A program made the position numbers and the translations under genes. Positions 19,539 through 30,186 of a stretch of 64,000 nt of DNA are shown piece by piece. This stretch comes from Thermodesulfovibrionales bacterium (GTDB taxonomy: Bacteria; Nitrospirota; Thermodesulfovibrionia; Thermodesulfovibrionales; SM23-35): NCBI GenBank assembly GCA_963715195.1, contig CAVQRT010000003.1, positions 224,001-288,000 of the forward strand, given 5' to 3'. Numbering within the stretch: the stretch's first letter is position 1; each line of letters starts with the position of its first letter. The notes under the pieces were generated by a model. It was not told where the DNA came from and ran no database searches. It saw only the letters and a program-made list of their open reading frames with translations.

Positions 19539-20828
19539 ATGACACGGGTAGAAACAGCCAAAAAGGGAATAATCACCGACGAAGTGAAAGAAGTGGCAAT
19601 CGCTGAAGGGATTGCTCCGGAAAGACTTGCCTCAGATATTGCAGACGGATTTAGTGTTATTCCGCGGAATCGTATCCATGCGATCAAGCCGATAGGAATC
19701 GGCAGAGGCCTGAGGACAAAGATCAATGCGAATATCGGAACGTCAAGAGACAGGGTTTTCTTCGACGAAGAGCTGAAAAAACTTGATGTTCTCACCCGGT
19801 ATGGAGCTGATGCGGTCATGGACCTCTCCACCGGGGGGCCTATCAGCGAATTAAGAAGACTTCTTACCGGAAAAACCGCTCTCTCTGTCGGAACTGTTCC
19901 TATCTACGAGGCGGCTGTAAAAGCAGCCGAGATGCACGGTACGATTTCCAGGATGACTCCCGACAGCATCTTCGATGTGATCGGGGAACATGCAGAAGAA
20001 GGAATTGATTTTGTGACCGTGCATTGCGGCCTTACAAAAAAAGCTGTTGAACGGCTGAGAGAGGAAGGCAGAGTCCTTGATATCGTCAGTCGTGGAGGTT
20101 CTTTCCTTCTTGAATGGATGATTTACAATGACAGGGAAAATCCTCTTTATGAGCATTTCGACCGGCTGTTGGAAATTTCGAAGAAATACGATGTAACCCT
20201 CAGCCTCGGAGACGCCCTGCGGCCAGGATGTCTTGAAGATGCAACGGACAGGAGCCAGATTGAAGAACTTTTGACGATCAGCGAACTCAGGGACAGGGCT
20301 TTCGAGGCGGGTGTCCAAGTGATCATTGAAGGACCTGGGCATGTACCGCTAAACCAGGTGGAATTGAATATCAAAATTCAGAAAGAAATCTGCAAAGGCG
20401 CGCCTTTTTACGTACTCGGCCCGCTCGTAACCGATATCGCAATGGGCTACGATCATATTGCCGCGGCTATCGGCGGGGCGATTGCCGGCGCTGCCGGCGC
20501 CGATTTCCTGTGCTACGTCACTCCGGCCGAACATATCAGGCTCCCCGATATCGATGATGTCCGGGAAGGGGTCATTGCCTCAAAAATAGCTGCACACGCA
20601 GCAGACATTGCAAAGGGCATCCCCTCAGCAATCGAACGCGACAGGAAGATGGCAGAGTGCAGAAAAAATCTCGACTGGAACGGTCAGATAGCGCTGAGTC
20701 TTGATCCCGAAAGGGTAAGGGAATGGCGCTCCAGAGTACCGCCGGCAGAGCAGGATGTCTGCAGTATGTGCGGTGAGTTCTGCGCCATCAGGAAAGTAGA
20801 ACGGGCACTCAGAAAGAAAAATTTATGA
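19539..20828 (+). CDS. thiC: Phosphomethylpyrimidine synthase
   Basis: TKINANIG, MDLSTGG, SRGGS, EGPGH, CSMCGEFC. Confidence 0.97.
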   Translation: MTRVETAKKGIITDEVKEVAIAEGIAPERLASDIADGFSVIPRNRIHAIKPIGIGRGLRTKINANIGTSRDRVFFDEELKKLDVLTRYGADAVMDLSTGGPISELRRLLTGKTALSVGTVPIYEAAVKAAEMHGTISRMTPDSIFDVIGEHAEEGIDFVTVHCGLTKKAVERLREEGRVLDIVSRGGSFLLEWMIYNDRENPLYEHFDRLLEISKKYDVTLSLGDALRPGCLEDATDRSQIEELLTISELRDRAFEAGVQVIIEGPGHVPLNQVELNIKIQKEICKGAPFYVLGPLVTDIAMGYDHIAAAIGGAIAGAAGADFLCYVTPAEHIRLPDIDDVREGVIASKIAAHAADIAKGIPSAIERDRKMAECRKNLDWNGQIALSLDPERVREWRSRVPPAEQDVCSMCGEFCAIRKVERALRKKNL

Positions 20829-20829
20829 A

Positions 20830-21591
20830 ATGAAAACAGCACTCACCATAGCCGGTTCTGATCCGACAGGCGGAGCAGGATTGCAGGCAGACCTGAAAGT
20901 TTTCAGATCCTTCGGTGTGTATGGACTCTCTGCTGTATCCGCAGTGACCGCCCAGAACACTGCGGGAGTGGATTCTGTCTTCCCCGTTGAAAGAAATGCC
21001 TTTGAGAAACAGCTTCGTATTCTCATCTCTGACATTAGGCCGGATGCCGTCAAAATAGGAATGCTCTACAGCACATGGTCTGCTGAATTTCTTGCAGAGC
21101 TTTTCTCCGAACATGGGTTCAGGAACATTGTGATCGATCCGGTGGCCGTCTCTTCATCAGGGATGAGCCTTGTAGATCAGGGAACACTGGATCTCGTCCG
21201 TTTGAAGCTTTTTCCGTTATCAAGGGTCATAACACCGAATATCTATGAAGCAGCTCTCCTGACCGGTATCATGGTAGAAGAACAGAAAGGCATGGAGGAA
21301 GCTGCGCGTTCCCTGAAATCCATGGGGCCGGAAATCATCGTCATCACCGGTGGTCATCTCGAGGGGAAAGCGGCAGACCTCTTCTTCGACGGAGTATTCC
21401 ATGTTATCGAGGCCGAAAAAATAGAAGGAGATTATCACGGCACCGGATGCGCGTTCTCTTCAGCAATAACCGCGCTCCTTGCCCTCAACTATACCCCGCT
21501 CGAGTCAGTCAGAAAAGCGAAAGAGTATGTTCGGGATGCAATGAAAAAGGGTAATTTTTTAGGCAGGGGAATGACCCTGCTGAATCTTTGA
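20830..21591 (+). CDS. thiD: Hydroxymethylpyrimidine/phosphomethylpyrimidine kinase
   Basis: IAGSDPTGGAGLQADLK, TPN, HGTGC. Confidence 0.93.
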   Translation: MKTALTIAGSDPTGGAGLQADLKVFRSFGVYGLSAVSAVTAQNTAGVDSVFPVERNAFEKQLRILISDIRPDAVKIGMLYSTWSAEFLAELFSEHGFRNIVIDPVAVSSSGMSLVDQGTLDLVRLKLFPLSRVITPNIYEAALLTGIMVEEQKGMEEAARSLKSMGPEIIVITGGHLEGKAADLFFDGVFHVIEAEKIEGDYHGTGCAFSSAITALLALNYTPLESVRKAKEYVRDAMKKGNFLGRGMTLLNL

Positions 21592-21614
21592 CTATTTTTG
21601 TAAAAGGAGGAAAC

Positions 21615-21794
21615 ATGGGAACCGATCATGAGAAAAAGAAAATAGACCCCGAAAAGATGCAGATACTCAGGAACCTTCCGGTAGAAATTAAACAGTCACT
21701 CACAAAAGAAGAGGTTGATGCATTTCTGCATGATGAGGTCTGGCCTGACTCGCTGCAGGAAAAACTGAAAGAATTTCTGGTAGATGAAAACTAA
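21615..21794 (+). CDS. Small hypothetical protein
   Basis: AAGGAGG SD; overlaps the radA start. Confidence 0.65.
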   Translation: MGTDHEKKKIDPEKMQILRNLPVEIKQSLTKEEVDAFLHDEVWPDSLQEKLKEFLVDEN

Positions 21795-23145
21795 GACGTT
21801 CTTTCAGTGCCAGGCCTGCGGATACGCAAGCCCCAAATGGCTGGGCAAGTGTCCTGATTGCAACGCATGGAACAGCTTTGCTGAAGAGAAAAAGGAGACC
21901 CTCACCCGGCATGCATCGATTGCATCCCACTTCGGCAAATCCGACCCGCAGCCTCTGAGTTCTGTCAGACCTGCCTTTGCACAACGCACTTCTTCGGGCA
22001 TTTCAGAACTTGACAGAGTTCTCGGCGGCGGAATCGTTGCAGGTTCGGTCATCCTGGTTGGCGGCGATCCGGGCATCGGGAAATCCACCCTCCTCCTGCA
22101 GGCCGTTTCCGGTATTGCAAAAAACACCGGCAAAGCATTGTATGTCTCTGGTGAGGAATCCCCGGAACAGATCAAAATCAGGGCTGAGAGGCTTTCAATA
22201 CACTCAGAAGAAATCATCCTGCTCCCGGAGACCTCACTCGAAACCATCATTCAGACAGCTTCGAAACTTGTTCCAAATGTGATGGTCATTGATTCCATCC
22301 AGACCGTTTATACCGAGGAACTTGTCTCAGCTCCCGGGTCTGTCAGTCAGGTCAGGGAGTGCGCTGCAAAGCTCATGCTCTTCGCAAAAAAGTCGGATAT
22401 TCCGGTCTTCCTTGTCGGTCATGTGACCAAGGAAGGCGCAATTGCAGGTCCCCGGGTGCTTGAACATATTGTGGACACCGTCCTGTACTTCGAAGGAGAC
22501 CGGGGCCATTCCTACCGCATTCTGAGAACGGTCAAGAACAGATTCGGCTCGACAAATGAAATCGGCATTTTTGAAATGTCTGATTCCGGGCTCCTGGAAG
22601 TCGACAACCCCTCGGAGCTGTTTCTCCTTGAAAGGCCCTTGCAAGTCTCGGGGTCAGCCGTTGTGGCAAGCATTGAGGGTACCCGTCCGCTCATGGTCGA
22701 ACTGCAGTCTCTGGTTTCGCAGACAAATTTCGGCTTGCCGCGAAGGACTACGATCGGGGTTGATTTCAACAGGGTGAACCTGCTCGTCGCGGTTCTCGAA
22801 AAAAAGATCGGCCTTCAGCTCGGAGGCATGGATATTTTTGTGAACGTTGTCGGGGGGCTCAAGCTCATCGAGCCTGCCGTTGACCTCGGCATTATCACCG
22901 CGGTCGTCTCATCCATCAGGGATATCCCGGTTGATCCGCACCTCTTTGTATTCGGCGAGGCCGGCCTCTCGGGTGAAATACGGGCTGTTGCCCAGGCAGA
23001 GACCCGCCTGAAGGAGGCCTCCAAGATCGGGTTCAGACATGCCGTTATCCCCGCAGGAAACGCTGAAAAGATGCGTGATGGTTTCGGTCTCGAAATAACA
23101 GGAGTGAGAAATGTGGAAGAATGCATCGAAACTGTTTTTGGTTAG
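21784..23145 (+). CDS. radA: DNA repair protein RadA/Sms
   Basis: Zn finger CQAC..CPDC, GDPGIGKST, KNRFG. Confidence 0.97.
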   Translation: MKTKTFFQCQACGYASPKWLGKCPDCNAWNSFAEEKKETLTRHASIASHFGKSDPQPLSSVRPAFAQRTSSGISELDRVLGGGIVAGSVILVGGDPGIGKSTLLLQAVSGIAKNTGKALYVSGEESPEQIKIRAERLSIHSEEIILLPETSLETIIQTASKLVPNVMVIDSIQTVYTEELVSAPGSVSQVRECAAKLMLFAKKSDIPVFLVGHVTKEGAIAGPRVLEHIVDTVLYFEGDRGHSYRILRTVKNRFGSTNEIGIFEMSDSGLLEVDNPSELFLLERPLQVSGSAVVASIEGTRPLMVELQSLVSQTNFGLPRRTTIGVDFNRVNLLVAVLEKKIGLQLGGMDIFVNVVGGLKLIEPAVDLGIITAVVSSIRDIPVDPHLFVFGEAGLSGEIRAVAQAETRLKEASKIGFRHAVIPAGNAEKMRDGFGLEITGVRNVEECIETVFG

Positions 23146-23893
23146 TCTTGTTCTGATCCTTTGTTCGTGCGCTGTAAAGCGGCCTGATTTGCCTGACTAC
23201 GGAGAGATTGACCTGCAAGAATTTCTTGCCTCACGGGATGGGATTTCCTCAATCGAAACGACGTTCTCGGTAGTTTTCGAAAAGGACAACACGGAAATGA
23301 AAGGGGATGGGGCTCTCAACCTCCTGAAAAATGGCGACCTGTTGATGCGCATCTATTCATTCGGTTTCCTCGCGTTCGAAATGACTGCACGCGATGGGAT
23401 CATAAAGAGCAATCCGCCGGTCGACAGAAACAGGGGGATTCTGCTTTCATCCGGCCTGCGCGACTGCCTGTTCTGGTGGGACATAAAAAATTTCAGCGTG
23501 GAAGAAGACGAGAGCGTTTACGTGCTGCAGAATATGACAAGATCGCTCTGGATAAACAAGAAAACCATGCTTCCTCTCCAGCAGACAATCTCGCTCGATG
23601 ACGGGAGGGAGCTGTTGATCAGATATGAAAATCCCGATTTCGCGGGTACAGTCTGGTATCCTTCAAAAATCAGGATCGAGCTGGCCCGCTCTGCGGTGAC
23701 TCTGAACATCAGGGAGATATCATTTCTCCCCGGCGGTCAATCCGAGATCAACCGAGACTGTCCTGATGATCGAACTGCCGATAGCATCTGCCCTGGACAG
23801 GTACCCTTCAAGGAGGGCATTATCGCAAACGGTATTGATAAGCCGTGGCGTTCCCTTCGTGCATCTGAAAACTTCCCGTACTGCCTCCTCTAA
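23111..23893 (+). CDS. Lipoprotein (LolB/DUF4292-like)
   Basis: Lipobox LCSC; beta-rich; 3' end overlaps the next gene in antisense. Confidence 0.55.
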   Translation: MWKNASKLFLVSLVLILCSCAVKRPDLPDYGEIDLQEFLASRDGISSIETTFSVVFEKDNTEMKGDGALNLLKNGDLLMRIYSFGFLAFEMTARDGIIKSNPPVDRNRGILLSSGLRDCLFWWDIKNFSVEEDESVYVLQNMTRSLWINKKTMLPLQQTISLDDGRELLIRYENPDFAGTVWYPSKIRIELARSAVTLNIREISFLPGGQSEINRDCPDDRTADSICPGQVPFKEGIIANGIDKPWRSLRASENFPYCLL

Positions 23894-24544
23894 AAAAATT
23901 TCCCTGATACTTCCCGCAACAGACAGGCGGTGCTTTATATAATCCCTCGTGTCTTTTTCGGAAAATTCCGTTAAACGGATCTTCAGGGCTACCCGCTGTT
24001 TCAGCGGGTCGTCAAGTGAGAGGACGTCTTCAAGTTCCGGCAGACCGAAAAAAACAATGTTGATCATTTTGCCGTTTGGCATCTCCATGTTCAGAAGCCC
24101 CCTGAACTCTTCCATGATCTCCCGGGAATTCAGCATCTGAACCTCATCAATCATCACAACGGCATTCTTCTTCTCATCGATAATCTCATGCAGTCTCTGG
24201 TAAATCTGCGCGAGAAGTTCCACCTTGTTCTCCTTCACATCTCTCACGCCAAGCTGGATTGCAAATTTTCTGAAGAGCCATTCTGAACTCACACTGGAAT
24301 GGACGACGACAAGAAGGGCTGCCTCATATGCATGTTCGTCTAATTCTTCCAGAAACCTCCGCGCCAGGGTTGTCTTTCCGGTACCGATGCCGCCGATGAC
24401 AACGGCAAGCCCTTTCCTCGTATCTACCGCATACCTGAGCTTCAGCATGGCATCAGCGTGGAGGGGGCTGTTATAGTAAAACCGGCTGTCAACAACATTC
24501 GAGAATGGATGCTCTTTCAGTTGAAAATATTCCAGATAATCCAC
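23720..24544 (-). CDS. ExeA/GspA family AAA ATPase
   Basis: YLEYFQLKEHPF, GGIGTGKTT, IDEVQ, G.PRLIN..CDNALL. Confidence 0.88.
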   Translation of the reverse strand: MDYLEYFQLKEHPFSNVVDSRFYYNSPLHADAMLKLRYAVDTRKGLAVVIGGIGTGKTTLARRFLEELDEHAYEAALLVVVHSSVSSEWLFRKFAIQLGVRDVKENKVELLAQIYQRLHEIIDEKKNAVVMIDEVQMLNSREIMEEFRGLLNMEMPNGKMINIVFFGLPELEDVLSLDDPLKQRVALKIRLTEFSEKDTRDYIKHRLSVAGSIREIFLEEAVREVFRCTKGTPRLINTVCDNALLEGYLSRADAIGSSIIRTVSVDLGLTAGEK

Positions 24545-24585
24545 GGTGTGAAGATTGACGGCCCGGAACGGCGATACCCGCCGGG

Positions 24586-26871
24586 CTACAGGTATGAGAC
24601 TCTGTCCTTCCTTTCCTTGAGCTTTTGCTGATCGGAGCTTTCACGAATAGCCGCTTTCAGCGTGTTGATCTTCTGAGAAACGTCGCGGAACTGTGGATTC
24701 CAGTCATAAACCTGCAGATAGGCATCGAGTGCCACTTCAATATTCTTCTCCTTCTCATATGCCTCAGCGAGGTCGTACACCATTGTCCAGTATGATTCAT
24801 CACGATCTTTCATCATTGTGAGGGAATTCTTGAATACGTCGATAGCGAGCGGATAAAGACCTTTTTCGGCATAACATATACCAAGCATGTTTGAAGAATG
24901 CACGAATCGCTTCGGATCATTCCGTGAAACCTGGAATTCCCGGATGGCATCGTCAAGCAATCCCATCTCCTTGTAGGCAATGGCAAGATTGTAATGCGTT
25001 TCGTAATCTTCTGCCTCGATCTCCTTCTCAAGCCCTTTCTTGAATTCATTAAAGATAGCCATGACATTGCCTTCGGGAGAAGGTTCAGATACCTTGCCGG
25101 CTTCCTGTATTTCAGGCTCTGTGACAGGTGATGGCCTGTCTTTCTTCTTGGCAGGCGTCCCTGCTTCGGTTGCTGCTGTTTCTTCGGTCATCTGTCCCAG
25201 CACAGTGAGTTTTTGATTGATCTCTATGTTTTCAGGGAACAGGGCCCGGAGTCGCTCTAAAATCTCGCGTGCCTCCTCGGTTAGCCCCTGCCGCGCATAG
25301 AAATCAGCCTCTGCTATCTCTTCATCATAATCGTCTATGGACGCTTGCTGCCGGGCTGTCTCTGTTCCCGGATGCTCATCGGGCAATAAAGCAGCCAATC
25401 CGGTAAGTCTCGGGTCTTCGGGATTAATTGATAACGCTTCTCTGATCATCTGACCGCTGTTTGTGGTATCGCCTGCTTTCTCGTAAAGTTCATGCAGGGT
25501 AAGACATTCGGCAACAGCCGCTCCGGTATTGCCCGTTTCAGTATAGAGCTGCTTGAGTTTTAGGTGGAGATCAACATGTTCCGGTTCAGTCTCTCTGAAG
25601 GTTTCAAGGACATCCTGCGCTTTATCGATCAACCCGTACCTGATGTAAATATCAGCTTCGATCAGTGCCTCTTCGAGAGACTTTTCTTCCTCGATCGCAA
25701 TATGTTCCTTTCCGAGCTCCTTCTCAAGCTCTATCACTCTGTCTTTCAGCACCTCATCATCGGGTAAAATCTTGAAGGCTTCCCGGTAATAATTCAGCGC
25801 CTCCCGCTGTTTCCCGTTGCGCATGAATATGTCTCCAAGGGCTTGGAGTTGCTGCACAAGCTCCTGATGATCGCCGTGTTGCATGAAAAGCGTCACAAGC
25901 CGCTTCCCTGTCTCAACAGGATCAATATCCCTGAAAGACTCAAGCATTTTTACCGCATTATCGTGATTTTCTTCGAGCAGAATGTCATCGAGGACTGGGA
26001 GGTATTCTTCCCATGCCCTGTCCCGGTTGCCTTCCTTTAGGTAAAGGTCACCGAGTATCTTTCGAGCTCTGAGGTTTGCCGGTTCGGTAGCAGTCACCTG
26101 TTTTAGATAATCCCGTGCTTCGTCCAATTTTCCGGTGGCGCCATAGATCTCTGCAGCCCTCAGCAGGATTTCGGCATCCTGGGGCAGAAGGTTGATCGCC
26201 TCCCTGATTATTGCAACAGCTTTCTCGGATTGGCCGGTCTTCTCATACACGGAACTGAGGTCCAAAAGAGCCTGCCGGTTGGACTGCTCCAAACCAAGAA
26301 TCTTTCGGTAAATACCTATGGCCTTCTCCGTATCTCCTGTTTCAACATTCAGTTGTGCAATGCGGGAATACTCTTTGAGAGCTTCGGATGTGCGGCCATC
26401 TTTGAGGTAAAGTTCAGCAAGCTTCATCCCCAGCGGGATATTCGCCGGAGAAAGTGTGAGAATTTTCTGGTAGATTGTGAGATGCTTTTCCTTTTCGCCC
26501 TCTTTTGCAAGACTGTCTGCTACAGCAAGATAAAATGTTACTGCATCGTTGACAAGTCCCTTTGCTTCATTCAGTTCTGCTAGGGCGAGGAGCGCGCCAT
26601 TATCAGTAGGATTTATGTTCAGGATTTTTTTATACAGCGCTAAGGCTTTCAGCGCAAATCCTTCCTGTTGGAAAAAATTTGCAGCGTGATGATATGAGTC
26701 AATCGCATTTGTCTTGTTGCCGTTTTTCAGGTAGAGGTCACCAAGAGTGTTAAAAGTACTGCCATCAGGATATTCCTTGGTTAATTTCTCCCATTCAGCA
26801 ATGGCTTTATCGATCTGCCCGCGGGAAAGATATTTCTGTGCTTCTTTGATTATACTTGCTTTATCCGCCAT
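24586..26871 (-). CDS. Multi-TPR protein
   Basis: Repeated TPRs; ETHYNLAIAYKEMGLLDDAI. Confidence 0.85.
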   Translation of the reverse strand: MADKASIIKEAQKYLSRGQIDKAIAEWEKLTKEYPDGSTFNTLGDLYLKNGNKTNAIDSYHHAANFFQQEGFALKALALYKKILNINPTDNGALLALAELNEAKGLVNDAVTFYLAVADSLAKEGEKEKHLTIYQKILTLSPANIPLGMKLAELYLKDGRTSEALKEYSRIAQLNVETGDTEKAIGIYRKILGLEQSNRQALLDLSSVYEKTGQSEKAVAIIREAINLLPQDAEILLRAAEIYGATGKLDEARDYLKQVTATEPANLRARKILGDLYLKEGNRDRAWEEYLPVLDDILLEENHDNAVKMLESFRDIDPVETGKRLVTLFMQHGDHQELVQQLQALGDIFMRNGKQREALNYYREAFKILPDDEVLKDRVIELEKELGKEHIAIEEEKSLEEALIEADIYIRYGLIDKAQDVLETFRETEPEHVDLHLKLKQLYTETGNTGAAVAECLTLHELYEKAGDTTNSGQMIREALSINPEDPRLTGLAALLPDEHPGTETARQQASIDDYDEEIAEADFYARQGLTEEAREILERLRALFPENIEINQKLTVLGQMTEETAATEAGTPAKKKDRPSPVTEPEIQEAGKVSEPSPEGNVMAIFNEFKKGLEKEIEAEDYETHYNLAIAYKEMGLLDDAIREFQVSRNDPKRFVHSSNMLGICYAEKGLYPLAIDVFKNSLTMMKDRDESYWTMVYDLAEAYEKEKNIEVALDAYLQVYDWNPQFRDVSQKINTLKAAIRESSDQQKLKERKDRVSYL

Positions 26872-26945
26872 TTCAGGTATTATTGAAGGTATCACAATTG
26901 ACTAAGCCTGTCAATAATATACGTCACCGGAGCGATAAAAATATC

Positions 26946-29051
26946 ATGGTAAATAAGGAAAGTATCCTTACTTTTTTCCGCACAAAAACAAAAAGACCTG
27001 TAAGCTTCCGGGAGCTTATTTCGCTCATGGGGTTGAATCACAAAGAGGCACAGTCTGTCAGGAGAATACTGAAAACAGTGGTGAAATCAGGAGAACTGGT
27101 TCAGACACGAAAAGGGCTCTATGGGCCCTCTGAAAATATGTGTCTCGTGCATGGCTATTTCGAGGCACACAGGGAAGGATATGGATTTGTGATCATGGAA
27201 AAGCCCGGCGAACGAGACTTGTTCATTCCTGCACGTGCGACAGGTGGGGCAATGCATCACGACAGAGTTCTGGTTCGCATCGAGAACTCACAGAAACGCG
27301 AAGGCAGCATCGTCAGGATTCTTGAGAGGGCGCACCAAAAAATAGCAGGCAAATTCGAAACTACGAGTACCGGCTTTTACGTGAAGCCAAAGGACAAGTT
27401 AATCCCTTTCGAGCTTCCGGTGGCGCAGAGAGACCGGGCAGGAGCAAAGAACGGCGAGACAGTGATCGCCGGGATTATCTCGTATCCTTCCGGGAGAAGA
27501 CCTGCTGCCGCCAAAATACTGAAAATTCTGAACAAACCTGCAGACCCGAAGGCAGAGGTAGAGTCCATTATCGATGAATTTGACCTCCCGAGAAAATTCC
27601 CTCGTCAGGTGCATGAGGAAGCACTCATGCTTGCAAAACAAAAAAGAGAGGCCTCACGAACAGGGAAGAAGCGGAGAGATTTGCGGTCTCTTCCAACCGT
27701 TACCATTGACGGAGAGCGCGCAAAGGATTTTGACGATGCGGTTTCGATAAAAATATCTAAACACGGCTACACGCTCTATGTGCATATTGCCGATGTCGGC
27801 TTCTATGTCGACTGGAATTCCGCCGTCGATCTCGAAGCACGGCAGAGGGGAACGAGCGTTTACTTCCCGGACAGGGTTATCCCGATGCTCCCGAAAGAGC
27901 TCTCAGAAGACCTATGCAGCCTCAAACCTCACGAGGAACGACTTGCTGTAACTGTTGAGCTTGACTTTGACAGGCTTGGAACGAGACTCGGCTCAAAATT
28001 ATATCCGAGCGTCATTACAAGTGATGAGAGAATGACATACACATCGATAAAGAAGATACTTATCGATAACGATCCGCGCGAGCGAAACAGATATGATCAC
28101 CTTCTCCAGGACTTCGAATTCATGGGTGAATTATGCGGCATTCTCAGAAACAGAAGACTTGAGCGGGGAAGCTTGGATTTCGACCTCCCTGAACCTGAAG
28201 TTCTTCTGGACATACAGGGTGCTCCTGAAGCCATACTGCGTGCTGAGAGAAATTATGCGCATATGATCGTCGAGGAATTCATGATCGCGGCAAATGAGGC
28301 TGTTGCGGAGCATCTTGAGGCGCGCGGTGTGCCAATTCTCTACAGAATCCACGAAGAACCGGACCCGATGAAACTGGAGGATATCGCCAGAGTCATGAAA
28401 TCCATCCTCCCAATGAAACATCCTCTCATCAGAACAAGAGACTTTCCCGATATCCTGAGGAAGGTGAAGGGCAAGCCGGAGGAGGAAATTATTCATTACA
28501 TGGTGCTGCGAAGCCTCAAACAGGCACGCTATTCGCCGGTTAATGTCGGGCATTTCGGCCTTGCATCAAAGTGTTACGCACATTTTACCTCGCCGATCAG
28601 GAGGTATCCGGACCTCATTGTCCACAGGATTTTACGCGAGGTTCTGCAGAAGAGACACATGCCGGAGAAACGCATTCAGGAGCTGCGCCATGTTCTCCCT
28701 GATATGGCATACCATTCCTCCCGGATGGAACGCCACGCCGATCAGGCAGAATATAAGGTCATAGACGCAATGAGGGCATGGTTTATGAAGGACAGGGTGG
28801 GAGAGGAATTTGAGGCAAAAATCGTGAGTATTACTCCCCATGGATTAAAAGTGAGATTGAAGGATTTCTATGTCGAAGGATTTCTGCACGTCTCATACAT
28901 GACAGATGACTTCTATCAGTTTGATGAACGTCAAATGAAACTCATCGGCCGCAACACAAGACGTTCATTTTCGATCGGGAAAGACGTCCGGGTGAGAGTT
29001 GAAAGGGTTGACATGGAAGAGAGGGAAATCATACTGGATATCATAAAATAA
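26946..29051 (+). CDS. rnr: Ribonuclease R
   Basis: TIDGERAKDFDDA, HIADV, HFTSPIRRYPDL, S1 domain. Confidence 0.95.
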   Translation: MVNKESILTFFRTKTKRPVSFRELISLMGLNHKEAQSVRRILKTVVKSGELVQTRKGLYGPSENMCLVHGYFEAHREGYGFVIMEKPGERDLFIPARATGGAMHHDRVLVRIENSQKREGSIVRILERAHQKIAGKFETTSTGFYVKPKDKLIPFELPVAQRDRAGAKNGETVIAGIISYPSGRRPAAAKILKILNKPADPKAEVESIIDEFDLPRKFPRQVHEEALMLAKQKREASRTGKKRRDLRSLPTVTIDGERAKDFDDAVSIKISKHGYTLYVHIADVGFYVDWNSAVDLEARQRGTSVYFPDRVIPMLPKELSEDLCSLKPHEERLAVTVELDFDRLGTRLGSKLYPSVITSDERMTYTSIKKILIDNDPRERNRYDHLLQDFEFMGELCGILRNRRLERGSLDFDLPEPEVLLDIQGAPEAILRAERNYAHMIVEEFMIAANEAVAEHLEARGVPILYRIHEEPDPMKLEDIARVMKSILPMKHPLIRTRDFPDILRKVKGKPEEEIIHYMVLRSLKQARYSPVNVGHFGLASKCYAHFTSPIRRYPDLIVHRILREVLQKRHMPEKRIQELRHVLPDMAYHSSRMERHADQAEYKVIDAMRAWFMKDRVGEEFEAKIVSITPHGLKVRLKDFYVEGFLHVSYMTDDFYQFDERQMKLIGRNTRRSFSIGKDVRVRVERVDMEEREIILDIIK

Positions 29052-29055
29052 GGAA

Positions 29056-29239
29056 GGGTTCAAGGATTCGAGGGGCCGAGGATTCAAGTAACAAATTCAA
29101 AAAAAGACATTGAAGATGGTATACGCTCCCGTATCGTAGAAAAGAGATGAGATTACGATGACGTATTCGTAATCTATTGGTTTAAAAAATTATTATCATT
29201 CGTATCCCTGACCCCTTGGATCCTCAAATCCTTGAATCC
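29056..29239. repeat. Inverted arrays of 8-nt GGATTCAA-like units
   Basis: 4 units at 29056-29087 and 5 reverse-complement units at 29200-29239. Confidence 0.7.
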
Positions 29240-29251
29240 TGTTTTTAAAGT

Positions 29252-30025
29252 ATGGAATTTCAGGAATTGCTACATATCTTGGAAAAGCTCCGGAGCGAGG
29301 AAGGATGCCCGTGGGACAGGGTGCAGACCAGGGAATCCCTCAAGCCCTATATCATCGAAGAGGCCTATGAGCTTATTGAGGCAATTGAAGAAAACGACCG
29401 CGAAAAAATAAAAGAGGAACTTGGTGACCTTCTCTTCCAGATCGCCTTTCAGTGCCAGATTGCGCGAGAGAAGGAAGAATTCACAATGTCCGATGTCATC
29501 CAGGGAATCGGGACAAAAATGGTTGGTCGGCATCCGCATGTATTCGGCAATACCGAATGCAGGACCCCCGATGACGTCGTAAGGCAGTGGGAAGTGTTGA
29601 AGAAACGGGAGGGTAAACTCCGTGACTCAATCCTCGAAGGAGTGCCGCGGGCAATGTCCTCCCTGCTCAGGGCTCACCGGTTACAAAAAAGGGCTGCTCA
29701 GGTCGGATTCGACTGGGAAAAGGTTGAGGATGTCTTAAAAAAAGTCGATGAGGAGATGTGTGAACTGAAAGAAGCCCTGCATTCTGGCAGGAGAGAAGAA
29801 ATGGAGGATGAGCTTGGAGACATTTTCTTCATGCTCGTGAATCTTTCACGGTTCATCGGCGTCAACCCTGAAGACGCACACCGCAAAACCATCAGCAAAT
29901 TTATCCACCGTTTCCGTTATATCGAAATGAAGGCTGCGGAACAGGACAGACAGCTTTCAGAAATGACCCTTGAGGAAATGGACAGATTATGGGACGAGGC
30001 CAAAGAGAGAGAGGTAAAGGATTAA
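29252..30025 (+). CDS. mazG: Nucleoside triphosphate pyrophosphohydrolase
   Basis: GCPWD..QT, EELGDLL, RHPHVF, GFDW. Confidence 0.95.
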   Translation: MEFQELLHILEKLRSEEGCPWDRVQTRESLKPYIIEEAYELIEAIEENDREKIKEELGDLLFQIAFQCQIAREKEEFTMSDVIQGIGTKMVGRHPHVFGNTECRTPDDVVRQWEVLKKREGKLRDSILEGVPRAMSSLLRAHRLQKRAAQVGFDWEKVEDVLKKVDEEMCELKEALHSGRREEMEDELGDIFFMLVNLSRFIGVNPEDAHRKTISKFIHRFRYIEMKAAEQDRQLSEMTLEEMDRLWDEAKEREVKD

Positions 30026-30070
30026 GTCAATGCTATTACCCTGAGCAAAACAAAAGCTGCATGCAATAAT

Positions 30071-30146
30071 TGGCTCCTGGGGAGGGATTCGAACCCCCGA
30101 CCAAGTGGTTAACAGCCACCCGCTCTGCCGGCTGAGCTACCCAGGA
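30071..30146 (-). tRNA. tRNA-Asn (GTT)
   Basis: TCCTGGGTAGCTCAG...GGTGGCT-GTT-AACCAC...GGTTCGAATCC...CCAGGAGCCA. Confidence 0.96.
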
Positions 30147-30186
30147 ACAGATTATTTTTATATCAAATAGGAGAGCGCCTTGTCAA

